Shown: positions 14,801 to 26,071 of the stretch, piece by piece
How positions within the stretch are numbered: the stretch's first letter is position 1
Layout of the letters: every line of letters starts with the position of its first letter
Assembly: GCF_009914755.1 (NCBI RefSeq)
Contig: NC_060939.1
Reading direction: 5' to 3' (one strand)
Length of the DNA stretch: 64,000 nt
Source of the DNA: the human T2T-CHM13v2.0 reference genome, Homo sapiens
Notes under the pieces: generated by a model
What the model was told of the DNA's origin: nothing
The model's input: only the letters and a program-made list of their open reading frames with translations
The model's database searches: none
Position numbers and translations under genes: made by a program

Positions 14801-15682
14801 CTTTAAATGTGTCCCAGAGATTCTGGTGCCTTGTGTCTTTGTTCTCATTGGTTTCAAAGAACATCTTTATTTCTGCCTTCATTTCGTTATTTACCCAGTA
14901 GATATTCAGGAGCAGGTTGTTCAGTTTCCATTTAGTTGTGCGGTTTTGAGTGAGTTTCTTAATCCTGAGTTCTAATTTGATTGCACTGTGGTCTGAGAGA
15001 CTGTTATGATTTCCATTCTTTTGCACTTGCTGAGGAGTGTTTTACTTCCAATTATGTGGTGAATTTTAGAATAAGTGTGATGTGGTGCTGAGAAGAATGT
15101 ATACTCTGTTGATTTGTGGTGGAGAGTTCTGTAGATGATGGTTAGGTCTGCCTGATCCAGAGCCGAGTTCTAGTCCTGGATGTCCTTGTTAATTTTCTGT
15201 CTCATTGATCTGTCTAGTGTTGACAGTGGGGTGCTAAAGTCTCCCACTATTATTGTGTGGGAGTGAGTCTAAGTCTCCTTGTAGGTCTCTAAGAACTTGC
15301 CTTATGAATCTGGGTACTCCTGTATTGGGTGTGTATATATTTAGGATAGTTAGCTCTTCTTGTTGCATTGATCCCCTTACTATTATGTAATGCCTTGTCT
15401 CTTTTGATCTTTGTTCATTTGAAGTCTGTTTTATCAGAGACTAGGATTGCAACCCCTGCTTTTTTTTTTTTTTTTTTGGTTTCCATTTGCTTGGTAAATA
15501 TTCCTCCATCCCTTTATTTTGAGGCTATGTGTGTTTTTGTGTGTGAGATGGGTCTCCTGCATACAGCGCAATGATGGGTCTTGAGTCTTTATCCAATTTG
15601 CCAGTCTGTGTCTTTTAATTGGGGCATTTAGCCCGTTTACATTTAAGGTTAATATTGTTATGTGTGAATTTGATTTTGTCAT
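11857..15682 (-). pseudogene. L1 ORF2 (endonuclease / reverse transcriptase), frameshifted
   Basis: Starts MTKSNSHITILTLNVNGLNAPIKRHRLA. RT fragment contains QGCLLSP and LFADD. C-terminus FMFSLINGS*. Broken into several ORFs. Confidence 0.93.
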
Positions 15683-15741
15683 TATGATGCTAGCTATTTT
15701 GCCCGTTAGTAGATGCAGTTTCTTCATAGTGTCCATGGTCT

Positions 15742-16756
15742 TTATAATTTGGTATGTTTTTGCAGTGACTGGTACCAGTTGTTCGTTTCCATGTTTAGTG
15801 CTTCCTTCAGTAGCTCTTGTAAGGCAGGCCTGGTGGTGACAAAATCTTTCAGCATTTGCTTGCCTGTAAAGGATTTTATTTATCCTTCGCTTATGAAGGT
15901 TAGTTTGGCTGGATATGAAATTCTGGGTTGAAAATTCTTTGAATGTTGAATATTGGCCCCCACTTTCTTTTGGCTTGTAGGGTTTCTGCTGAGAGATCTG
16001 CTGTTAGTCTGATGTGCTTCCCTTTGTGGGTAACCCAACCTTTTTCTCTGGCTGCCCTTAACATTTTTTCCTTCATTTCAACCTTGGTGAATCTGATGAT
16101 TATGTGTCTTGAGGTTGCTCTTCTCGAGGAATATCTTTGTGGTGTTCTCTGTATTTCCTGAATTTGAATGTTGTCCTGCCTTGCTAGGTTGGAGAAGTTC
16201 TCCTGGATAAATAACCTGAAGAGTGTTTTCCAACTTGGTTCTATTCTCCTTGTCACTTTCAGGTACACCACTCAAATGTATATTTGGTTTTTTCACATAG
16301 TCCCATATTTTTTAGAGGCTTTGTTAGTTTCTTTTTACTCTTTTTTCTCTAATCTTGTCTTCTCGCTTTATTTCATTGAGTTGATCTTCAATCTCTGATA
16401 TCCTTTATTCTGCTTGATTTGGCTATTGATACTTGTGTGTTCTTCATGAAGTTCTTGTGCTGTGTTTTTCAGCTCCATTAGATCATTTATGTTCTTCTCT
16501 GAACTGGTTATTCTAGTTGGCGATTCGTCTAATCTTTTTTCAAGGTTTTTAGCTTCCTTGCATTGGGTTAGCACAGGTTCCTTTAGCTCGGAGGAGTTTA
16601 TCACCCACCTTCTTAAACCTGCTTCTGTCAGTTTGTCAAACTTGTTCTCTGTCCAGGTTTGTTCCCGTGCTGGTGAGGAGTTGTGATCCTTTGGAGGAGA
16701 AGAGGCATTTTTTGGTTTTTGGAGTTTCCAGCCTTTTTGTGCTGGTTTCTCCCCAT
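15742..16756 (-). pseudogene. L1 ORF1 (RNA-binding protein), frameshifted
   Basis: ATGGGGAGAAACCAG start. Fragments such as IQEIQRTPQRYSSRRATSRHIIIRFTKVEMKEKMLRAAREKG. Confidence 0.92.
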
Positions 16757-18739
16757 CTTCGTGGATTTATCTACCTTTGGTATTTGATGTTGGTGACCTT
16801 CGGATGGGGTCTCTGAGTAGACGTCCTTTTTGTTGATGTTGCTACTATTCCTTTCTGTTTGTTAATTTTCCTTGCAACAGGCCCCTTTTCTGCAGGTCTG
16901 CTGGAGTTTGCTGGAGGTCCACTCTAGACCCTGTTTGCCTGGGTATCACCAGCGGAGGCTGCAGAACAGCAAAGATTGCTGCCTGTTCCTTCCTCTGGAA
17001 GCTTCCTCCCAGAGGGGCACCCGTCAGATGCCAGCCAGAGCTCTCCTCTATGAGGTGTCTGTCGGCCCCTACTGGGAGGTGTCACCCAGACAGGATACAC
17101 GGGGGTCAGGGACCCACTTGAGGAGGCAGCCTGTCCCTTATCAGAGCTCGAATGCTGTGCTGGGAAATCTGCTGCACTCTTCAGAGCTCTCAGGTAGGGA
17201 CTTTTAAGTCTGCTGAAGCTGTGCCCACAGCCGCCCCTTCCCCCAGGTGCTCTGTCCCAGGGAGATGGGGGTTTTATGTATATGTCCCTGACTGGGGCTG
17301 CTGCCGTATCTTCAGAGATGCCCTGCCCAGGAAAGAGGAAATCTACAGAGGCAGTATGGCTGCAGCAGCCTGGCTGAGCTGCAGTGGGCTCTGCCCAGTT
17401 TGAACTTCCGGGCAGCTTTGTTTACACTGTGAGGGTAAAACCACCTACTCAAGCCTCAGCAATGGCAGGCACCCCTCCCCCAACCAAGCAGGTAATTTCT
17501 GCGTTTCCAACTGAGGTACCTGGTTCATCTCATTGGGACTGGTTGGACAGTGGGTGCAGCCCATGGAGGGCGAGCAGAAGTAGGGTGGAGTGTTGCCTTT
17601 CCCGGGAAGCGCAAGGGGTCGGAGGATTTCCCTTTCCTAGCCAAGGGAAGCCGTGAGAGACTGTACCTGGAGGAAAGGTACACTCCGGCCCAGACACTGC
17701 ACTTTTCCCAGTCTTCACAACCGGCGGCAGACCAGCAGATTCCCTGTGGCGCCTGGCTCGTCAGGTCCAACCCCCACGGAGCCCAGCAAGCTAACACCCA
17801 TTGGCTTGAAATTCTCACTGCTAGCTCAGCAGTCTGAGGTCGATCTGGGACGCTCGAACATTGTTTTCTACGGGGGGAGTGCATCCTCAGCCTCCAACCA
17901 TTGACTTAAAAACAAAAACCATAAACATAGTGAGTCTCGTATAAAAACAACTTCCCAAGACGTTGGTTTAACAAGATGTTAATTGGTGTTGTAAGAGAAA
18001 GGAGTTAGTTAGTCAAATACACTTGTGAAACATTGCAAATGATTGGAAGATTCATAAAGGTTCTGTGCTTTGCAGTAAACTCATTTATCTCAGTTATTTT
18101 CCCCAACCTAGAGTGTGGTTGCCTCTTGCTGACAGAGAAATTCAGCGTCTGCTCTTTTGATTCAGGTGCAGCTTGAGGACAACTGCCCCTGGGGAGGAGA
18201 AACTGGCTCCAGTTAGGGCTGGCTTTTTACTCTCTTCCTGGGCAGGCAGGACTGCCTGACTAGTATGTCTTTAACTGTAAGTTTTGGGTATCTTTATATG
18301 CTGAAATCCTAGTATAGAGTTTTATGAATATCCCTTATTGGGTTAGTGAAGCTTGTTCCCATGGCAGCCTTGGACAACTCTGATCACAAGTGTGAATGGT
18401 AACGAAGTGAGACCATGAAAGGGAGCTTTCCTGGCTCTGACAAGCAGTTACTTCCCAGAGATGCTTGAGCTCAACTTCTCTCCAAGAACGCCTGAGTTTT
18501 GTAAGCATATTCCAAAGACATTTTATAGCTTCCTTATTACATATTTTACTTAGTTAAATATTAAATGTCCTGACTTAGGAAATTCTTCCAGGATGTCATA
18601 AAAAAAGACCTTTAAGATACTTTCTTAGATGGCACAGCAGGCACCCCAAACTAAAATGTCATAAATGGGAAATGAGTGGCAGAAGTAGAAACCATATCAT
18701 AAAAACACGGAAATTAAAAATGAGATGATGTATCCATAG

Positions 18740-18930
18740 TATAGAAGAGCACTAACTCTGAACGTGGGTGCTTTGGGTTTGATTTTAAGTAGTGGTGATC
18801 TCTATACTTTAGTTTCTGTACCTGTGAAGTGGGGATAAGAGTGTCTCCCTCATAGGGTGGTGCTAAGTAAAGTATGCCAAGCACTTAGTATAGCTTCTAG
18901 TGTGAAGAAGATACTTGAACATAGCTGTTA
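18740..18930 (+). mobile_element. MIR SINE (degenerate)
   Basis: agtttctgtacctgtgaagtggggataagagtgtctccctcatagggtgg...aagcacttagta. Confidence 0.6.
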
Positions 18931-19189
18931 ATTATTTTAAAGAGAAGGTTAATGGTCTTGGAAAGAGATGAATCAGAGGATTCAGATTTGTTAGATGGAG
19001 CTCCTGCCCATTAAAGGAGCTTACAAGTTTCTAGCTGTTGAGTTTTATGCGTGAGTTTTCTTCTCTCTCTCTTTTTAAATAGACTTTTATGTTCTGAGAG
19101 GAAGATATTGGAAGTTGAAAGGCTGACACAGTAGACCATCACATTACTAAATATCTGTTGAATTGGAGAAAATGATTAAAAGCACAGGC

Positions 19190-19472
19190 CTTTTGGGCAC
19201 AGTGGCTCATGCTTGTAATCCCAGAATTTTGGGAGGCCAAGGCGGGAAGACTGCTTGAGCCCAGAGCTTTGAGACCAGCTGGGCAACACAGGGAGACCCC
19301 ATCTGTACAAATAATTAGCCGAATGTGGTGGCACATGCTTGTGGTCCCAGCTACTTGGGAGGCTGAGGTGGGAGGATCACCTGAGCCCTGGAGTTTGAGA
19401 CTGCAGTAAGGCATGATCGCACCACTGTTCTCTAGTCTGGGTGACAAAGTGAGGTGCTGTCTGAAAATAAAA
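19190..19472 (+). mobile_element. AluJ-like SINE
   Basis: Alu dimer with TSD-like aaagcacaggcctttt / aacgcacaggcctttg. Confidence 0.88.
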
Positions 19473-20499
19473 ACGCACAGGCCTTTGACTCAGAGTTCCT
19501 GTGATGGCTCCCCCAGGGAAGAACTGTGTGACCTTGGGCGACCTAGTGAACCATACTGAGCCAGTCTTCTTGTTAGAAAGGGTGCTCAGAGTGGAAAGGT
19601 ATGATCTAGTAGGGAAAAAGACATCAAGATTAGTGGGTAGGAATAAAACCAAGTTACTAAATCCAGAAAGAACTGCAATCAATCAGCTAGGCCTTGGGAG
19701 AAAAGCAAAACAGGGAAAGAGGGCAGAATTGCAGAAAGGCTCCTCTGGTCTTTCTTTTGATCACAAAAGTGAGGGGTGCCAGAAACACAGAGTTAAATTG
19801 TCTACCAAAGACGCACCGTTCATGCTCTGCTCTTGATTGCCCTGGAAACCAGAATCCAGCCCTACTGCCAGTGAAATCTTAACTGGGACAACACCTATAA
19901 AAGAAATGGTAGCAACTAGAGGCACAGGCTGACTTGGTGTGACCAGCTCCACTCAGGGAGGGTCTGGGGATGAGTTCAGGAGGGAGTCGCAAAGAGAAGG
20001 AATTTAGATTATGTAAAAGCCATGCTCTATGGAAGCCCATGGAGTTTGTAATTCATAAAGGCACATCCATATTTTCTCTTACTCATTTTTGTGAACACTT
20101 CCACCTGGCAGGAGCCCGCTGTCACTCTGGTGCTCTGGGTAAGCTGCTGAGACAGCTCTGTGCAGAGACCTCCAGCCCCCTTGAGTTGAGGCCACATGAC
20201 TAAGCTCTGGCCAGCAGAATATTGGTGGACATGGTGTGCACACAGGGCAGGTCCTTTAAGGAGGAAACTGCACGATGCTTTTCTACCTTCATTGGGCTGG
20301 ACTTGGTAGTAGTGGGGAGTCAGGTTTGATTACGATGGGCTGGGACCACACGTTGGGAGGTCAGTGGGTTGGCATCCTTCATGGTTGGGGAGCAAGCTTA
20401 TTCAAGAAGGCTTCACCCTTTGTCCTCTCCACATGTCTCTGTATTGTTTCACAAAACACTGTGGAAGAGACGGCCCTTTTGCATGTCTTTAAGCCAGTT

Positions 20500-20590
20500 G
20501 GCCAGGTACGGTGGCTCTTGCCCATAATCCCAGCACTTTGAGAGGCTGAGGCAGGAGGATCGTTTGATCCCAGGAGTTTCAGATCAGCCT
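20500..20590 (+). mobile_element. 3'-truncated Alu/FLAM left arm
   Basis: ggccaggtacggtggctc...ggagtttcagatcagcct, then abrupt loss of Alu similarity. Confidence 0.8.
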
Positions 20591-22014
20591 CTCTCTGTCT
20601 CACAGACGGCCATCAGTAGAGTGGATACCACCCTTATACAGACCTCTGTCTCTCTCTCTTCTACAACTAAAGCTTGAACACCTCTACCCTAGGGTACACA
20701 GTCAGGCCTTCTCATTTAGTTCCTGGTTACTTAAAACCTTTGGTTGAAGGGATGTCACATTTTTATACTGTGTTTGATACTGCTATACACGTTGCTGTGT
20801 GTGCACATGAACACCCCTTATTTCAAACAGGATGGCAAGTTCCAGAAGGTGGGGGTGGCCCCTTGATCTTCTGTATGTTCTTTCCTGGTAAGTGACTCCT
20901 AAAGTGGTCATATTTGCTTAACTGCACAGTGAACAAAATGGCAGGCCAGGCTAGATCCACAGACTAGAGGAAACCCAGGTTAGTGTCTTAAAGGGAAAAA
21001 AGACATTTTTCTGAAGACTTTTTAATTAGGAAAAAAAGGGAAATGTTATTTATCCCAGATTTTTCTGGTAGTCCCCATGTTGAATTTCTAAATATATACA
21101 AATAAGTTTAAGATAAACCACTATTTCTCCAAACTTTTCTTAATAGTGTCAGCATTTCAGCATCTCTACGCAGATCTAAGTCTCCTTCCCCTGTGGGTCA
21201 CTTACCTATTTCAGCACCATTTGTTGGGCATCTCCTTGAGCCTGGCACTGGCTGGGCACACGATGCAGGTGCTAAGGGCTTGGTCTGTGATTTCCATGGA
21301 TGAGGGTGTTACTCGTGGGGGTTTAACTCAGTCCCTGTTTTGTGACCTAGAGCCCGATGGTTCCCAGTTACACACAAGTGTAAAATGCCAATCAATCAAT
21401 CAGGAGGAAAAACAAAGGCTTGTCCCAGCCAGCCAGGGGCTTATGATAACAAGGGAAGATGGTCCTGGTGTTCCTGCCCTGAGAACGCAGCCTGAGTGCT
21501 GGTGGCTGTGGGGACTCCAGCATGCTCCTCTGTCCCAGTTCTGGTGGTATCTTCCTCCCACTGCGGGGAGTCCATGAATGTGAAAGTACTTTAGAGACCA
21601 CTAGTGTCAACAGGATTACCTTTCCTCAACTCACCGCATCATGGCTCTACTTTCCTCTCTGGTCGCAACATGGAACTGAAGTAGCCTTTTAACATTATTC
21701 GTTACTGTTACAGAATGGAGTTTGCTCCCTGTTCTTGAAGTAAAACACAGCAGAATTAAATGTATCTTCGTTTCAAATCTAGATCAATTTTTTTCCCTTA
21801 TACGTAAGCCCTGATAATTTTTTCCCATGGACTTGAGGATCCTGAAAGCCTCAAAGGTGTATGCTGCTCAAACTCTAAGTTACCAGTAGCTTAAGAATGG
21901 CTATGGCACCCAGAGGAGGAAAGGTAGAGAAATGGCAGTCTCTACTTACAACCATTCCATTATTGATGGGCATTACACTGATTCCAGCTTTTCACTATTA
22001 TGGCAAGAAAACAT

Positions 22015-22435
22015 TGTTTTAGTTTGTTAGGGCTGCCGTAACAAACTACCACAAACCGAGTGGCTTAAACAGCGAAATGTATTGCCTCACAGTTCTGGAG
22101 GTTGGAAGTCCAAGACCAAGGTGGGCAGGGCTGGTTCCTTGTGAGGGTGTGAGGGAGAATCTGTTCCAGGCCTCTGTCCAGGGCTTGTGAATGGCTGTCT
22201 TCTCCCTGCCTTTTCACATGGTCTTTCCTCTGGCATGTTGGTCTCTGTGTCCAAATTTCCCCTTTTCATCAGGACACCATTATATTGGATTAAGACCCAC
22301 TCTAATGACTTCATTTTAATTAGTTTTGTTTGTTTGCTCCATAAAGACTCTATTTCCAAATAAGGTCATATTGTGAGGTACTGGTGGCTGGGACTCCAAC
22401 ATCTTCTTTGGAGGCACACAATTCAACCCATAACA
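22015..22435 (-). mobile_element. MLT1 (ERVL-MaLR) solo LTR
   Basis: Minus strand begins TGTTATGGGTTGAATTGTGTGCC and ends ...CA. Characteristic gggctgccgtaacaaactaccacaaaccgagtggcttaaac on the + strand. Confidence 0.85.
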
Positions 22436-22469
22436 AATGTCATAAAAGAAGAAGGTGTTCGCCGATTCC

Positions 22470-22479
22470 TTTATTTATT
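22470..22479 (-). terminator. MYO1E: MYO1E polyadenylation signals (two overlapping AATAAA)
   Basis: + strand tttatttatt, i.e. AATAAATAAA on the minus strand, about 1 kb after the stop codon, with U/GU-rich sequence downstream. Confidence 0.8.
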
Positions 22480-23471
22480 TAGGAGGTGGGGGCAGGACGC
22501 GGAGTAAGTTTCCTATAGGGAAAGAGTTGAGAAGAGTCTGCAGGGACTGACCTAGAAAGCAGTGACACTCCGTAGTTGGAAAAAAGCAGAGCACATCTTT
22601 AAGTACCTGGTGTGAGTTTTGTAAGAAAACCTACCTTATGAATGAGTACAGTGGAATACTACTTAGTACATTCATACATGTTTCTACCATCTCAAGATTT
22701 TTATATATACAGTATATGATCTGTTTTTATAAATGTACAGCTTGAAAAAAGATCCTTCTTGTAGTAAGTACAGCATTTAAACACAAACCAATATGGGCCA
22801 GCCACATTCTAATTGAAGACCCAGAGAAAGCAAAGCCAGCAGCCCAGCCCCCAGCCCCCAGCCCCTGACCTGCTTGGCGGCCCTGATGGTCCCGGCAAAG
22901 TGTAAACCAGTGCCCCTCTGTCGCCCTGGGCTCAGCAGGCCAGCTTACCCTTGGCACGTACATGGGAAGTGCCTGCTCACGCTAAGCCCAGTCTGCAGAG
23001 GGCGGGTCCTCCCTGAAGGAAGGTGGCAGAGAGGAATGTGTCTATCAGGTATAGACAAGAGAGATGAAAGAAATGTGCTCTTCAACTAAAGGCACTTGTC
23101 AGCGGCCACCTACAGCCATTCTCTAGGCCTGGTGAGCAAGCAGGGTGCTGTTTTGATAGAAGCCTACAAGGTCTGAGCAGACCTCACTTGTCCTCTCACC
23201 AGGTTTAAATACAATAAATAAATCTTAATGCATGGTGGTTTTGTCCTCCTGGGTTCCTATGAAGAGGCTACCTTTTAGGATCACTTATGGAGTGATACTC
23301 CCTGTCCCCAACCCAGCCTTTTCAGTGTCCTCCATGGGGAAGGTACCAGAATAGCTCCAGGCCTTGGAGAAGCAATTGCTCATTGTGGATTGTAAGGGGA
23401 GCCCCTAAATATCCCCTCCCCTGGTCTGTGCCTGGAGCTCCTCTGCCCCATGTGTCAGAGTCACGGGCACC

Positions 23472-23548
23472 TCAGATCTTGGTCACATAGTTGTTGGGGA
23501 ACAGGCCCTGCTTGCCTCGTAGTCGACCCGTCCACCAGCCAGAAGGAT
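23472..23548 (-). CDS. MYO1E: Myosin IE last coding exon (28): (D)[26 protein letters not shown]3 C-terminal half
   Basis: ctgcag acceptor, TGA stop, SH3 WW and GLFPxNYV motifs. Phase 1 matches the preceding exon. Confidence 0.97.
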
Positions 23549-23879
23549 CTGCAGGGAGAGAGAGGTGGTGGAAGTGAAGATGAGAAAGTCTGTTCTGCCC
23601 CAGCCACACACACTCCGCTCCCATGGGCTCAAGTGATTTGGCTCCATCCATGTTGTTTTCCCTTTGTTCTTTAAATCAAAAAGTTTGTTGAAAAAAGTAA
23701 GATATCTACCAAATTAATAAAGCACTCAGCCAAGCCCATGGACTGCTTTAATAATGGATATTCAAGGTTGTCTTCCTGGCTTCCACTCCATCCACTTTCA
23801 TTATGAAGAAGCCAGGAAGTGTGGGTGGGACAGACCTCCCCGTTTCTGGGGACAGCCCCTACCAGGTCTCATCCTCTCA

Positions 23880-24215
23880 GGGTACAGCCTTTGTCTTGCT
23901 ACTGAAGTTGGTTCAGGGATGGACACATGGCTAATTTGGTCTGATCAGAATAAAAGTCAGGACTTTTGTCCAATGACTAAGAACAGAAGTTTCAGAGATG
24001 ATGCACATTTCAGACATGGTTTGATATGTTGGCCTGGAATTGCTGCTGCCGTTTTGCTACCATGAAGAAAAACAGCTTGACAAGGGAGGGAATATAAATA
24101 AGGGGGCAGAGCTGAAAGAAGCATTAAAAAAGCTGGTGTCTTGATCAGACTGAGCCTGAGGCCTGACCTGCCTCTACAAATTGCAGTTTGAGGAGCCCAT
24201 AAATTCTTTTCATTT
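23880..24215 (+). mobile_element. Old ERVL-type LTR fragment (LTR33/LTR16-like)
   Basis: ttggttcagggatggacacatgg...tggaattgctgctgccgttttgctaccatga...gagcccataaattc resembles these consensus sequences. Confidence 0.45.
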
Positions 24216-24230
24216 TCACACTAGATCTTA

Positions 24231-24665
<435 letters not shown>

Positions 24666-25206
24666 TTAAAAACCTTAGCTGCTGTTGTCACTGTGTCCCC
24701 AGCATAGAAGGAAATGTGGGAGACACATATCCATAAAAAAGTGTCAAAAGTATACCCATACATTTAAATCAGGAACATTCAGGTATCTGTCCCTCCTTCC
24801 TCAAGTTTCGAAATGGAACTTTTGCAGGTGCCACAGAAGCCTGTAGGCATTTCTCCTTCACTGCATTCCCCCCAGATTACCACCACCTTACAGTTTGTAT
24901 TAACCATTCTCTGGCTCATCTCTACAGTTTGCCACACATGTAAATACCCCTAGCCAATATTTGTGGTCCGACTGTCAACTGTATGAAAGGAATCATATTC
25001 CACGGTCACATGCTCAACAACTGGATGACGTGCCCTGCTGATGCCTGCAGCTATCGTTCCTTCACCCTTGCTGCCTGATACTACACCACTGCGCGAGTGA
25101 GTGTGTCACAGTTTACTTCTCCAGGGCACTGTGGATGGTCACTTGGGATGGTTCCAGTTTTCACTATTATAAAAAATGCTGCCATGAGATTTGCTCCCCA
25201 TTCACA

Positions 25207-26015
25207 ACCTTATTATGCCTCAGACCTCACTCCTGTCTACTCCCATCCCATCTATCCACCCACCCTCATTACTCCAGAGACTTCCCTCCCACCAGTTCAT
25301 TATTACTCCTTAGACTTCCCTCCCATCCCTCATTATTACTCCTCAGGCTTCCCTCCCACCCCCCTCATTCCTCCTCAGACTTCCCTCCCAACCCCTCATT
25401 ATTACTCCTCACACTTACCTCCCACCGCTCATTGTTACTCATCACACTTCCCTCCCATCCCTCATTATTACTCCTCACACTTCCCTCCCACCCCTTCATT
25501 ATTACTCCTCACTTTCCTTTCACCCGCTCATTACTCTGCAGACTTCTTTCCCACCCCCTTATTACTCTGCAGACATCCCTCCTACCCCCTCATTATTACT
25601 CCTCAGACTTCCGTCTCACCTTCTCATTATTTCTTGTCAAACTTCCCTCCCATCCCTCATTATTACTCTGCAGACGGCCCTCCTACCCCTTCCTTATTAC
25701 TCTACAGGCTTTTCTGCCCTCTCATTATTACTCCACAGATGTCCCTCCTACCCCTCATTATTACTCTGCAGACTTCCCTCCTACCTCCTCATTATTACTC
25801 CTCAGACTTCCCTCCCGTCCCTCATTATTACTCCTCACACTTCCCTCCGACCTGCTCATTATTACTCTGCAGACTTCCCTCATACCCTCATCATTACTCC
25901 ACAATCTTCCCTCCCACCCCCTCATTATTAATCCACAGACTTCCCTCTCATTTTATCAATCAGTATTACTCCTCAGGTCTCCTTCCCATTCTTTCATTAT
26001 TACCCCTCAGAGCTC
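25207..26015. repeat. Minisatellite, ~31-33 bp unit (cattattactcctcagacttccctcccatccct), about 24 copies
   Basis: Visible tandem units with cattattactc recurring every ~33 nt. Confidence 0.93.
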
Positions 26016-26071
26016 CCCTTTGCCCCTCCAAAAATGTTGCTGTAAATATTCTTATACAAGAGTTTATCCAG

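Larger units (their letters stand above)
11645..17857 (-). mobile_element. Near-full-length L1PA (approx. PA6-PA8) LINE-1, decayed, with inverted 5' end
   Basis: Poly(T) at 11645, antisense 3'UTR, ORF2, ORF1 and 5'UTR to 17489; 17490-17857 is 5'UTR in the opposite orientation. Subfamily judged from 3'UTR wording (ggtggtttgctgcacccatc). Confidence 0.95.

Noticed and set aside
18520-18552. Distal MYO1E poly(A) site (AGTAAA/TATAAA variants on the minus strand)
   Set aside because: Variant hexamers in AT-rich DNA are too common to call from sequence alone; 3'-end sequencing is needed.
25207-26015. CRISPR-like repeat array
   Set aside because: Units are head-to-tail degenerate copies with no unique spacers, in a eukaryotic intron with no cas genes.
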